A stretch of DNA of 64,000 bases from Malacoraja senta. Lineage: Eukaryota. Positions 52,010-64,000 of the stretch are shown here, piece after piece; positions within the stretch are counted from its first letter, which is position 1, and every line of letters begins with the position of its first letter. The notes beneath the pieces are model-generated. The model did no database searches, had not been told where the DNA came from, and saw only the letters and a program-made list of their open reading frames with translations. The stretch is from contig CM075987.1 in the NCBI GenBank assembly GCA_038087875.1, positions 24,368,001 through 24,432,000 on the forward strand. Direction: 5' to 3'. The position numbers were made by a program, and so were the translations under genes.

Positions 52010-52251
52010 GTAGGAAAGAACTGCAGATGCAGGTTTAAATTGAAGGTAGACACAAAACGCTGGAGTAACTCGGCGGGACAGACAGCATCTCTTGAGACCC
52101 TCCTTCAGACTGAGAATCTCAGTCTGAAGAAGGGTCTCGACCCGAAACGTCACCCATTCCTTCTCTCCAGAGATGCTGCCTGTCCCGCTGAGTTACTCCA
52201 CTATTTTGTGTCTATCTTCGGTGTAAACCAGCATCTGCAGTTCTTTCCTAC
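52010..52251. mobile_element. Inverted pair of Penelope-like terminal repeats with intact hammerhead-like core
   Basis: Palindromic arms; CTGAAGA-A-GGGTC-TC-GACCC-GAAA-CGTC at 52124-52151. Confidence 0.8.
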
Positions 52252-53650
52252 TGACTTATCCATGCTGTTCACCACGATGACTCGAAAATAAAGTCAGCCC
52301 CACAGTCAAAAGCAAGCATTATGAAGCACAGAAGAGAGGGGAAAATAATCACCGAAAGCTTCAAAAAGCAATTGCCTGCTCCAGTAATTAGTTTTCACAA
52401 TTTCTGCACTGCTTAGCTTCAAAACCTCCTCATTCCTGTCAGACCCTGCTTTCATGAGCAATGGGGGAAATGCTTATTGACCATAAAAACCAACGTATAA
52501 CTCACCGCGGTATATAAGTTGTTGTCCACCTTTTTTTAGCCACTCCAAAAAAAAAACACTCATGAAGTCAAGCTATGCACATTTTTCTGATTGCATATTA
52601 CTCCAGTTACACATTGCCTGCATTCCAGGATTAAGGTGCAAAGCAACTGGCCTTGCTGTTAATTAGCTCTGTGGAGACTAGGGGGAGGGGGGGGGGTGCA
52701 AATTTCAAGGGGACTTTGACATGAATTGAAAATGGGCACACATTTAACTTTGAATCGAATAGTAAAAGGCTGGAAAGTGGCCTTGAGTTGAACCTTACAC
52801 TGTCAGTGGGAAAGGTGAAACACTTTGTAGCTGTTACCTGCTCCTTAATGGACACAAAATGCCGGAGTAACTCAGCGGGACAGGTAGCATCTCTCGATAG
52901 AAGGAATGGATGACCTTTCAGGTCGAGACCCTTCTTCAGCCTCCTTCAGGTTCTGCAGAAGGGTTCTCGATCCGAAACGTCGCCCAATCCTTCTCTCCAG
53001 GGATGCTGCCTGTCCCGCTGAATTGCTCCAGCATTTTGTGTCTGTCTTCGGTTTAAACCAGCATCTGCAGTTCCTTCCTACAGCCTTTAAGGAGAATTTT
53101 TTTGCAACATTTAAATAGTGGGAATGGTGAGGGAGTATAGAGGTGCAGCAGTCCATTAGTTTTGTGCCTGCAGTTAATTTCTTTCACAGCCTCTTCAGAT
53201 AAGTGTTTTTAAGACAGCAGTGAATTGAGATGACTAACGACTGTCTGCTCTCTATAGAAAAATACCTCAATGTACATGGCTGGGCTAAATCAAATAACCT
53301 CACAAATCAGCCTGTAAAATTGTTAGATAAGACTTTATTGCATAGATTTTAAGTCAAAGAGCTCGTCGTAATGGAGCGTTTCATTGCAGCAATTACTGTG
53401 GCAGTAGTTATCCAGACTCACCAATTTTCAATTGCAATGGATATTTTCTTTCAGGGAAAGCTCCTGAATGAATCTAATTTGTAACCTTTGTCTTTCAATT
53501 AATTTATAGGCAAGAGGGAGCGATTCAGTCGATAGAGGAGTTCTGTTTCGCCAAACATCTTTGGTCTCCGTGGCCGCTGATATTCTGAATTAAAGTTTGA
53601 CTCGTCTGACCTGTTTAAAGTTGGGATACTGATAGTTTCTTGATTAGTAA

Positions 53651-53873
53651 TGGGCCTGCCCCACTTGGCGATTTTTTTCGGCGACTGCCGGCATCATTGA
53701 CCGGTCACCATCATCAGGTCACCGGAAAATTTGCGGCGTGACGCGGCGTGATGACGTATTGACGCGCGGTGTTTTTTCAAGTGTCGCAACATTTTTTTTA
53801 TGTTCAAAATCTTTCGGTGACACTGATATGACGCCGGCAGTCGCCGAAGAAATCGACAAGTGGGACAGGCCCT
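53651..53873. mobile_element. Harbinger-type MITE (subfamily of 40654-40892) inside a CR1 3'UTR remnant
   Basis: TIRs tgggcctgccccacttggcgatttt / aaatcgacaagtgggacaggccct. Confidence 0.85.
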
Positions 53874-54206
53874 TTAGGGCGTCGAAGGTTACGGGGAGAA
53901 GGCAGGAGATCGGGGATGAGAGAAAAAAATAGATCGGTCCTGATCGAATGGCGGAACAGATATGTTCCCGTTTCTTAGGTGTTATGGGATAAAAAATGAA
54001 TTAGAATCGATGAGCCGAATGGCCTAATTCTGTTCCTATGTTTTATGACTTATGGTCTCATGGGATTAAAAGAGAATTGGGAACAATTTGTCTAGTTTTC
54101 AAAGATTTACATTTAATGATGGGGGAATCTGAACTAACTAATGTACAGAGCAAGAGAGTAGTAGCATTTCATTCAGCCCCTCCTGCAGTTGAATAAGCTC
54201 ACGGAT

Positions 54207-54759
54207 CTTCTTCTTTCGTGTCCTTATGGGGCTGTCCCACTGTACGAGCTAATTCAAGAGTTCTCCCAAGTTTCCCCTGATTCGAACTCGGAGATTTACG
54301 GTAATAGCCGCTCGTAGGTACTCGGGGCTCTCGTGGACATTTTTCAACATGTTGAAAAAACTCCATGAGTCTTCACGAGCTTGCCGCGTTTCCCGAGTAC
54401 CTGCCGTTGGCGTTGCGAGCCGCTAAGAGACGTCCCCGAGCTCCGACGTACCCGCTAACTACATTCTACGTGCTTACCACGAGTTAGATTTTTTTTTTTT
54501 ACTCGGGAGAGCTCTTGAATTACCTCGTACAGTGGGACAGGCCCTTTATGCTATATAGTGGCTCGCTACTGCTGTACGCATCGTTGCGAGTGTTGGAGTG
54601 GTGCATGCATTATCCAGCAATGGGCATTGCAGTAGGTGTTGCATTGTCTGGGTCTGTGTGCCACAGCCACAGGTTGTTGTACCCTCGATGTAGCCCCATT
54701 TGTGCATTGTCACCCTTGACCCCGGATCGCAGTCGGTTGAGACATCTCCACACATCTCC
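54207..54759 (-). mobile_element. 5'-truncated Vingi/Ingi-like LINE 3' end, interrupted by a MITE
   Basis: Frameshifted WRCLNRLRSGV...MHKWGYIEGTTTCGCGTQTQTMQHLLQCP (CCHC knuckle). Tail gacacgaaagaagaaga lies beyond the MITE. 11-bp TSD agctca(c/t)ggat at 54196-54206 and 54760-54770. Confidence 0.65.
54227..54545. mobile_element. Harbinger-type MITE nested in the Vingi-like LINE
   Basis: TIR core CTGTCCCACTGTACGAG; TSD TTA at 54224-54226 and 54546-54548. Confidence 0.88.
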
Positions 54760-56207
54760 AGCTCATGGATAAGAAAGGGTTAATGTTGATTGGAAGGTAC
54801 ACAATTATAATCCTTATCTTATTCCTGCCATTGAAGAAGGTTGGGGGAAAATAAAAAAAACCGTAAGCAGATGGGCGGCACTGTGTCGCAGCGTAGAGTT
54901 GCTGCCTTACAGCGCCAGAGACCCGAGTTCCATCCTGATTATGGTTGCTTCTCAGTACGGTTTGTACATTCCCCATGTGACTGCGTGGGTTTTCTCCGGG
55001 ATCTCTGGTTACCTCCCACATGGCAGCACGGTGGCGAAGCGGTGCCTTACAGCACTCGCAGCACCGCAGATCCGGGTTCCGTCCCGACTACGGATGCTGT
55101 CTGTACGTAGTTTGTACGTTCTCCCCGTGACCGCGTGGGTTTTCTCCGGGTGCCCCGGTTTCCTTACAGACACTTACAGAGAAGCATGCTTCAAGGCCTT
55201 GCCATTTTTCGAATTTGTTATTAAGAACACGATAGGAACACATTAGGAACACAATGGTTTGCTGAAGAGATAAAGACACCAATAATCTTAATAATGCGAA
55301 TTCTATTAATAATAATTCTAATGCGAGAAGGTAAAACGGGCACCTTGAGCAAAAGAGTCAAGAGTGTGAAGTGATTCCACTGCCTTATCTCATCACCTGA
55401 ATACTTCTCCATTGCCCATTCTCCATTCAGTTTCAGTTTAGTTTATTGTCACGTGTACCGAGGTACATTGAAAAGCTTTTGCAGTGTGTGTTCACTGCAC
55501 ATCCATGGGCCTGTATCCAACAGCCTCTTAAATACAATTACTTGGGACTGCAGATACTGGTTTGTACCGATGAAAGGCACAAAATGGTGGGAAACTCAGC
55601 GGGTCAGGCAGCATCTCCATGGAGAACATGGATAGGTGACGTTTTGGGTCAGGACACTTCTTCAGCCTCATAAATGCCTCTATCATGTCTGCGTCCTCCA
55701 CCACCCTTGGCAACGCGTTCCAGGCACCCACCACCCTTGGCAACGCGTTCCAGGCACCCACCACCCTCAGTGTAAAAATACTTGCCCCATTAATTTTTTA
55801 ACATCTCCTTTAATCTTTACCACTCTCACCTTAAAGCTATGCCCCCTGATGTAGGTATTTACAACCTTGGAAAGAGGTTCAAACTGTTTATCCTATCTAT
55901 GCCTCTCATAATTTTATATACTTTAGCAGATCTCCCTTCAGCCACAGGCATTCCAGAGGAAGCAATCAAAGCCGAGCTGACCTATCCTTAATGCTAATAC
56001 CATCAATAGACAATAGACAATAGGTGCAGGAGTAGGCCATTCGGCCCTTTGAGCCAGCACCGCCATTCAATGTGATCATGGCTGATCATCCCCAATCAGT
56101 ACCCCAAATGCAAGCATCATTCTGGTTAGCCTCTTCGAACCCTTTCCAAAGCCTCCACATCCTTCCTCAATTGGGGTAAACAAACCTGCTCACAATGCTG
56201 CAAACAA

Positions 56208-56513
56208 GGGCAAGATGGTGGCGCAGCGGTAGTGTTTCTGCCTCACAGCGCAGAGCCCCGCATCCCGACTACGGGTGCTGTCTGTACGGAGTTTGCACGT
56301 TCTCCCCGTAACTTGCGTGGGTTTTCACCGGAGGTCTTCGGTTTCCTCCCACACTCCAAAGACGCACAGGTTTGTAGGTTAATTGACTTGGTATAAATGT
56401 AAATTGGCCCCAGTGTGTGTAGGATAGTGTAAATGTGCGGGGATCGCTGGTTGGCGTGGACTCGTTGGGCCGAAAGGCCTGTTTCCGCTCTGTTTCTCTA
56501 AACTAAACTAAAC
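56208..56513 (+). mobile_element. tRNA-derived SINE (HE1/V-SINE-like)
   Basis: A box, core and (ctaaa)n tail. Confidence 0.85.
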
Positions 56514-56577
56514 ATGCAATCTTCTACAGGCAACACCAAAGGTCAGGATTGAACCAGACTGTTGGTATGTTAAAGCA

Positions 56578-57066
56578 GCAGATCACCCCGATCCTGGCCT
56601 CTCTCCACTGGCTCCCTGTGCGGTTCCGTATAAATTTCAAGATCCTCCTCTATGTCTACAAAGCCCTCAATGGGCTTGCCCCCATCTACATTAAAAGTCT
56701 TCTCACCCACCACTCCACCTCCAGGTCCCTTAGATCGGCCGACTTGGGGTTGCTGAAGATCCCACGGTCTAGGCATAAGCTCAGGGGCGACCGCGCCTTT
56801 GCGGTTGCAGCCCCTAGACTGTGGAACAGCATCCCTCTTCCCATCAGAACTGCCCCCTCCATCGACTCCTTTAAGTCAAGACTAAAAACTTATCTATACT
56901 CCCAAGCCTTTCTTGACGTCCTTTGAGCGAGGGCTATATGTATATATGTATGTAGTTTGTTTGTTTATATTATTCTTATAACAAATGTAAAGCACTTTGG
57001 CCAACGAGAGTTGTTTTTTAAATGTGCTATATAAATAAATGTGACTTGACTTGACTTGACTTGACT
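56578..57066 (+). mobile_element. L2-clade LINE 3' end
   Basis: ITPILASLHWLPVRFRINFKILL...RSLRS...GDRAFAVAAPRLWNSIP...FKSRLKTYL; tgtaaagcacttt and aaatgtgctatataaataaa 3' motifs; (gactt)n tail. Confidence 0.9.
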
Positions 57067-58578
57067 ACTAACGGTGAAACAAAAATTCTAGGAGCAGAAT
57101 TAGGCCATTCGGCCCATCAAGTCTACTCCGCCATCCAATCATGGCTGATCTATCTATCCCTCCCAACCCCATTCTCCTGCCTTCTCCCCATAACCCCCGA
57201 CACCCGTACTGATCAAGAATCTATCTATCTCCGCCTTAACAATATCCATTGACTTGACCTCCGCAGCCATAAATATGAAAAGAGTAAAAGAAGATAAACA
57301 GCTCAAAAGAAACAGGTATTAAAAATTGAGCAAAGGAGAACTGAAAACACACAATAAACTTTCGACCAAGGAAAATACGTTTCAAAAGGAAATAGTACAA
57401 TATTTGCGAATTGTTTCCAGGTATAGGAAAAGTCAAAGTTTGGAGTCGTAAATGTCAAATAACCAAGATGGGAATTTAATAAAATCTCCATTGCAAAAGT
57501 GGGGTTAAAATGTGGAGGCAACTAACTATTGGGACAACTAGTTAAGGCAAATACCGTGGATGCATTAAAGAGGAAGTTGGATAATGACAAGATGGAGAAA
57601 TGAACAGAAGGTATGCTGATCGGATTAGCTGGAAGCAGAGTAAAAGGAAGCTTGTGCCAAGCATAAACAAGGCTATCAACCAGTTGGGCAGAATTGTCTG
57701 ATCCTGTATCTTAATCCCCTTGTAAATTAAATCCAATAAATTTGAGATTCGTGTAGCCTGACTCTTTAGTTTTGGTTTAGCACGGAAACAAGCCCATCAG
57801 CCCACCGAGTCCGTACTGGCCAGCAATCCCGCACACCAACACTATCCTACACACACTGGGGACAATTTACAACATTACCCCAGCCAATTAACATACAAAC
57901 CTGTATGTTTTTGGAGCACTATCCTGCCTCTTATACCTGTACCTTGTTGGGGCGACCCCCTCATTGAAACTTACCGAATAGTGAAAAACCCGGATAGAGT
58001 GGATGTGGAGAAGATTTTTCCACTTGTGGGAGAGTCTTGGACCAGGGGTTAAAGCCTCAGAATTAAAGGACATTCCTTTAGGAAGGAGATGAGAAGGAAT
58101 GTATTTTGTCAGAGGGTGGTGAATCCGTGGAATTCATTGCCACAGAAGGCTGTGGAGGCTAAGTCAATGGATTTTCTTTAAGGCAGAGATAGATAGATTC
58201 TTGATCAGTACGGGTGTCAGTGGTTATGGGGAGAAGGCAGGAGAATGGGGTTAAGAGTGAAAGATAGATCAGCTATGCTTGAATGGCGGAGTAGATTTGA
58301 TGGGCCGAATGGCCTAATTCTGCGCCTATCACTTATGAAATTATGAACTTATTTTAGATTTGTAAAACAAAAACACCTCTGAAATGTAACAGCACATCAA
58401 AGATGAAGAAGGGTCTCGACCCAAATTGTCATCCATTCCTTCTCTCCAGAGATGCTGCCTGTCCGGTTGAGTTACTCCAGCTTATTGTCTGTATGTTCGG
58501 GTTAAGCCAGCATCTGCAGTTCCTTCCTAAACGTCAAAGCAGAGAGGATGAAGATAAAGAGAAGGAAAGGGAACTTAC

Positions 58579-58679
58579 CTTCAGCTTTGATGTCGTCAAC
58601 CAGTTGGCAGGTTGTTCGTGTGGTGACTGCACTTGGTTCCGATCTCCTCCCTCTGCTGTCCAAGGCATACAGTGTAAAC
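58579..58679 (-). CDS. ASTN2: Astrotactin-2-type gene, third-from-last coding exon (101 bp; end of FN3 region)
   Basis: Minus strand reads ttattgccttAG|G TTT ACA CTG...AAA GCT GAA G|GTaagt, translating to FTLYALDSRGRRSEPSAVTTRTTCQLVDDIKAE. This resembles recalled ASTN2 FTLYAVDTRGRHSELSTVTLRTACPLVDDNKAE. The terminal G joins AA of the next exon to give GAA. Confidence 0.9.
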
Positions 58680-58757
58680 CTAAGGCAATAACAAGACACT
58701 CGGCAGGTAAGAGATCCACTCCAAGTGTGATATTTAACATCCACAGCACACCTTCAT

Positions 58758-59075
58758 TTAGACTTCAGACTTTTAGAGATACAGCGCGGTAACAGGCCCT
58801 TCGGCCCACCAAGTCCGCGCCGACCAGCGATCCCCATGCACTAACACTATCCTACACACACTAGGGACAATTTACAATTGTATCGAAGCCAATTAACCTA
58901 CAAACCTGTACGTCTCTGGAGTGCGGGAAGAAACAGATGCGCCCGGAGAAAACCCACGTGGACACGGGGGGGAGAACGTGCAAACTCCATGAAGGCAGCA
59001 CCCGTACTCGGAACGAACCCGGGCCTCTGACTCTGTAAGGCCCAGCATCTCTACCGACACACCAATACGCTGCCC
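58758..59075 (-). mobile_element. tRNA-derived SINE (HE1/V-SINE-like)
   Basis: Reverse-complement core and 3' end, about 80 bp from an exon acceptor. Confidence 0.85.
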
Positions 59076-59319
59076 TTGCACATAATGTTTGTAATGTACG
59101 TCCTTGTACGTAATGTCATGTACGTAATCCTATCATTATTTAATATTGTGCTGTGATTTCCATTTCACTATGGTTAGACTTCCCAGTTCAGCAATTAGTG
59201 TCTTAAGAACAAAACTGGCAAATAGCACATTTCAGTTTAGTTTGAGTTTAGTTTATAATTGTCATGTGCATCGAGGTACAGAGTAACGCTTTTTGTTGCG
59301 TGCTATCCAGTCAATTAAA

Positions 59320-60000
59320 ACAACCTCTTGTATAAAACTTCATGGATTTTGGAGTGATATTTTCGAAATATTTACAAAACTATTTAAGACAAAAATGGAA
59401 CCCAATAATGAATTGATTATATTTGGGGTAATGGAAGACGGGAACAAATTGAGTTCATCTCAAAAGTCAATTTTTAATTATGGTTTAATAATAGCAAAAA
59501 AATTAATATTGAAATTTTGGAAAAATACACCAATACCAACGCTCAAAACGTGGATTGCAAGTATGTTGGATACCGCACATCTTGAGAAAATGCGATTCCT
59601 CCTAATAGATAAATTTGACCAATTCATAACGAGTTGGTCTCCATTTGTCGTCTTTTTGGAAACGTATGGTGCAAAACAGGTGTAAAAGCTAATCCGTGAC
59701 TGCGGATGGTCAAGATTATAAATGATCTCCTTCTATTTTCTTTTCTCCTCATCTTTTCTTTTATTCTCTCTCTTCTATTTTCTATGTCTCAACTTTCTTA
59801 TTTCATTCTTTATTTTTCTTTTTCACACACTATATATCTCACATTTTTCTATTTTTCATTATCTAACTTTTTTCTTTTTCTTCTTTATTTCAAAATGTTT
59901 TTAAAATAAGAAGCTGTACATGAAAGGTATTATGAAAATATGATTGTATACAATTGTACTTACTTCTAATAAAATAAAAATTAAAAGAAAAACAAAAAAC
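59320..60000 (+). mobile_element. L1/Tx1-clade LINE 3' end
   Basis: CIKLHGFWSDIF...IAKKLILKFWKNTPIPTLKTW...LEK...F...WSPF; T-rich 3'UTR, AATAAA and A-rich tail. Confidence 0.85.
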
Positions 60001-60309
60001 AACCTCTCCCTGATAACAATCAAGATGTTAGGAGTGTACAGATACAGTATAAAGGGGAGAACATTTAGTGTTATCATTTGATGAGTTGGCTGCACCAGAA
60101 CATTAAAAAAAAAAAATTTGGAAAAAAAAATGGGCAAGTAAGTTAGGAGCAAGATAGCCGAGATAGAATGATATCGTGGAGTCAGACAGTCATACAGCAG
60201 GGAAACAGGCCCTTCAGCCCAACTAGTCCACGCTGACCAAAATGCCCCATCTACCCGCCTTGAACCCATATCCCTCTAAACGTTCCCGTTCATGTACCTG
60301 TCCACAATA

Positions 60310-60783
60310 GGACACAAATTGCTGGAGTAACTCAGCATGTCAGGCAGCATCTATGGAGAGAAGGAATGGGCGACGTTTCGGGTCGAGACCCTTCCTCAGA
60401 CTGATGTCAGGGGAGGGGGCGGGACAGGGACAAAGATAGAATGTAGTCGGAGACAGTAAGACCGGTGGGAGAACTGGGAAGGGGAAGGGGATGGAGAGAG
60501 AAAGCAAGGGTTATCTGAAGTTAGAGAAGTCAATGTTCACACCGCTGGGGTGTAAACTACCCAAGCGAAATATGAGGTGCTGTTCCTCTAATTTGCGCTG
60601 GGCCTCCTTCTGACAATGGAGGAGGCCCAGGACAGAAAGGTCAGATTGGGAATGGGAGGGGGAGTTGAAGTGCTGGGCCACCGGTCGATCAGTTAGGTTA
60701 AGACAGACTGAGCAGAGATGTTTAGTGAAACGATCGCTGAGCCAACGCTTGGTCTCGCCGATGTAGAGAAGTTGACACCTGGT
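60310..60783 (-). mobile_element. Penelope-like element 3' end
   Basis: Minus strand PVAQHFNSPSHSQSDLSVLGLLHCQKEAQRKLEEQHLIFRLGSLHPSGVNIDFSNFR*, then terminal repeat with CTGAGGA...GAAACGTC. Confidence 0.85.
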
Positions 60784-61481
60784 CAGACAGCATCTCTAGA
60801 CAGCTGTGATGATTTGGGTCTGGGTCTTCTTCTGAAGGACGGTCTCAGCCTGAAACATCACCTTTCTATGTTCTCCAGGGATGCTACCTGACTCATTGAG
60901 TTACTCCAGCACTTTGTGTCTTTTTGTGTATTAACCAGCATCTACATTTCCTTCTTTCTATATGTACAGTACCTGTCCATATGAAAGTAGATATTATAGA
61001 TGGAGTCATCGAGTTACAGTCATACAGCGTGGAAACAGGACCTTCAGCCCAACTTGCCCACACTGACCGACTTGTCTCATCTACACGAGCCCCACCTGCC
61101 TGCATATGGCCCATATCCCTCTAAACCTGTCCTATCTATGTTTTGATAGTACCTGCCTTAACTTCCTTCACCGACAGCTCGTTCCACCACACTTTGCGTG
61201 AAAAAGTTACCTCTCAGGTTCCTATTAAATCTTTCCCTCCTCGCCTTAAACCTGTCTCCTCTGGTTCTCGATTCCCTACTTTGGGCACGAGATATTATAG
61301 AAAATTTAGACATTAGCCTCAAATTAAAAGAAGAAAATTTCAGCCCAAAATCAGGAAAAACTTCCCATAGCTTGATTAGTATCAGAGGTTATGGGGAGAA
61401 GGCAGGAGAATGGGGTTAGGAGGGAGAGATAAATCAGTCATGATTGAATGGCGGAGTAGACTTGATGGGGTTGGACAGGCT

Positions 61482-61827
61482 TCTTAAGGGGTTGGACAGG
61501 CTAGATGCAGGAAGATTGTTCCCGATGTTGGGGAAGTCCAGAACAAGGGGTCACAGTTTAAGGATAAGGGGGAAGTCTTTTAGGACCGAGATGAGAAAAT
61601 CATTTTTCACACAGAGAATGGTGAATCTGTGGAATTCTCTGCCACAGAAGGTAGTTGAGGCCAGTTCATTGGCTATATTTAAGAGGGAGTTAGATGTGGC
61701 CCTTGTGGCTAAAGGGATCAGGGGGTATGAAGAGAAGGCAGGTACAGGATACTGAGTTGGATGATCAGCCATGATCATATTGAAGGGCCGAATGGCCTAC
61801 TCCTGCACCTATTTTCTATGTTTCTAT
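61482..61827 (+). mobile_element. Young CR1 3' fragment inserted in an older CR1 3'UTR
   Basis: LDRLDAGRLFPMLGKSRTRGHSL...; (tttctatg) tail; the host resumes at gggccgaaatggcc. Confidence 0.9.
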
Positions 61828-62876
61828 GGGCCGAAATGGCCTAATCCTACTCCTGTTCCTTATGACCTTATGATGGCTAGAGGCTCGAGATCAAATCGTG
61901 AAGGTAAATACTCTGGAAATATTTGATTTAAAAAAAATGAATGTTGTAATGGCAGTGACACTTCTTTAGTCACCAAAATGGCAATCGGTGCTGGAGCCAG
62001 GGTTGGTAATTGAGGTTTTAAACGAGTACTTCTCATCTGTGCTCACTAAGAAGACAGACTCTGTAGTTGGAGAATCCATGAAGTGGTGGGAGGAGGGAGG
62101 TGGGGACTTGGATCGTGAAATCCAAGAACAATGTTTGGAAAAAGGGAAGGTGAGATCGATGATTCCCGAGCCGATATGATAATCAGTGTTAACCTTTATC
62201 ACTTCCGAAGGACCGTGCAAAAAACACACATCGCTCCCGTCGATGCCAGTTTCAGATGCAGGAGTCTCAGATTCTGTTAAGACTATCAGAACTAAATATT
62301 CAGTTTATCACAGAAAATAAACCAAGCTGACGAGTTTCTAGGATTACAAACTAAAATCAGATTTACCAATCAAAATTGAAAACCAGCCAAAGTGAAAAAA
62401 ATATATATATAATGTTTCTCAAGTGCTGCTCCACCTGAAGATCCCAAGGCCCAGATTTAACTTAAACAAAATAAATATGAGGCCCCAGTGAGGAATGCAG
62501 GGGCACCAAAAAATGACTGGTCTCATTTAGTTTGTGCAGACACTCCACGCAATTCACTGCAACAATTCAGTATTCAATAAACCAGACACATTTTTTTATC
62601 ACGAGAGGACTAGATCGGGTAGATGCACAGAGTCTCTTGCCCAGGGTAGGTGAATCGAGGACCAGACAACATCGGTTTAAGTTTTAAGGTTTGTCTGTTT
62701 ACAGTTTGAATGGTGGCTGTTTAAATAGTACAGATTCCGGGAAAGATCAGGATTAGGAAAACTTAACCATTGTGATTTTTCAGAATGTTGAAATTCAAAA
62801 CCTGGCATGAATTGAATTTTGATGTTGCAATTGGGATTCCTTGTCAGATTAAACTGTTGATGCTTGATAAAGTGGC

Positions 62877-63230
62877 CATGAGAGGAATAGATCGGGTAGA
62901 CGCACAGAGTCTCTTGGCCAGAGTAGGTGAATCGAGGACATGAGGACACAGGTTCAAGGTGAAGGGGAAAAGATTAAATAGGGATCTGAGGGGTAACTTT
63001 TTCACACAAAGGGTGGTGTGTGTATGGAACGAGCTGCCAGAGGAGGTTGTTGAGGCTGGGACTATCCCAACGTTTAAGAAGAAGTTAGACAGATTCATGG
63101 ATAGGGCAGGTTTGGAGGGATATCGGACAAATGCTGGCAGGTGGGACTAGTGTAGCTGGGACATGTTGGCCAGCGTGGGCAAGTTTGGCCGAAGGGCCTG
63201 TTTCCACTCTGTATCACTCTATGACTCTAT
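62877..63230 (+). mobile_element. CR1 LINE 3' fragment
   Basis: FFTQRVVCVWNELPEEVVEAG plus 3'UTR and (actctatg) tail. Confidence 0.9.
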
Positions 63231-64000
63231 AAAACCTTGACAGTATTCTTGCTTCGGTGAATAGTGCCCAGGATTAATCTCTATTTGGTCGACACTATAA
63301 CGTGTGCCTTTTGTCATCAATGTCACGCCGAGTTCTATCTGCTGCAGTGCATACGATCCAATTGAATCATTGAAAGATGAGGGTCTTCCCTCTTTCTTTA
63401 CACCCTGTCTCCCTCCATCCGCATCCCCATCTCCATCCCACTCACGCACGGTTTGGCCAACACTGGACTATTTTCTCTGCGGTGTCGGAGACGGAGGGAA
63501 ACCAGATGGAATGGAATGGAACGGAATACTTTATTGTTACATGTGACAAGGCACAGTGAAATTATTTGCTTGCACACACAAGGTATACAAATAGTCGCCA
63601 CATAAAGGGCACGGACAAAGTTACAAAGTACCCCCATTGTTCTTCCCCCTCCCCCCCCTCATAATGGTTCCCGTCAATATAATTGTGTACAAGTGTATAT
63701 AAGATTATAAGAGGCATATATGGGGTAGATAGACATAGATAGATAGACAGTCCTTTTCCCCAGGATAGTGTTAACGTGCGGGGATCGTCAGTCGGTGTGG
63801 ACTAGGTGGGCCGAAGGGCTGTACCTTTAAACTAAAAAAGACTACACTAAACTTAAAACCTCTTAATATTTCCATTGCGAGCGTGGTTTTAGTGTCAATC
63901 ACCAGCCCAACAGCATTATGGCAGCATTCCAAATTTTCTCAACAATTAAGATTACATCAGATAGCTAATCATATTTACAGATTTTACAAGGCCTGGATAA

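Noticed and set aside
55698..55767. 30-bp tandem duplication
   Set aside because: Ordinary local slippage within a decayed CR1 fragment.

Overview
Vertebrate genomic DNA, inferred to be a cartilaginous fish (probably skate/ray) from its HE1/V-SINE-like and HER1/CR1-like repeats. The only host gene visible is the 3' end of an astrotactin-2-type gene on the minus strand. Three GT-AG exons splice in frame: 58679-58579, 49893-49710 and 13386-13149 (contains the stop), with introns of about 8.7 kb and 36.3 kb, followed by a repeat-poor, probable long 3'UTR. The rest is nested transposon debris: CR1, L2, L1/Tx1, Rex1/Babar and Vingi/Ingi-like LINE fragments, tRNA-derived SINEs, Penelope-like remnants with hammerhead-like cores, about 12 PIF/Harbinger-type MITEs and Helitron-like pieces. 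Almost all ORFs in the supplied track are repeat-derived. The best observation is a roughly 150-bp retroelement (2 copies, both with TSDs) whose 5' end folds as a minimal HDV-like self-cleaving ribozyme and whose tail resembles a nearby Vingi-like LINE fragment. Also notable are a MITE carrying the flank of a sister copy plus a duplicated terminus, and MITE target sites that are inverted rather than direct. Family and orthology names come from recalled motifs, not database searches.
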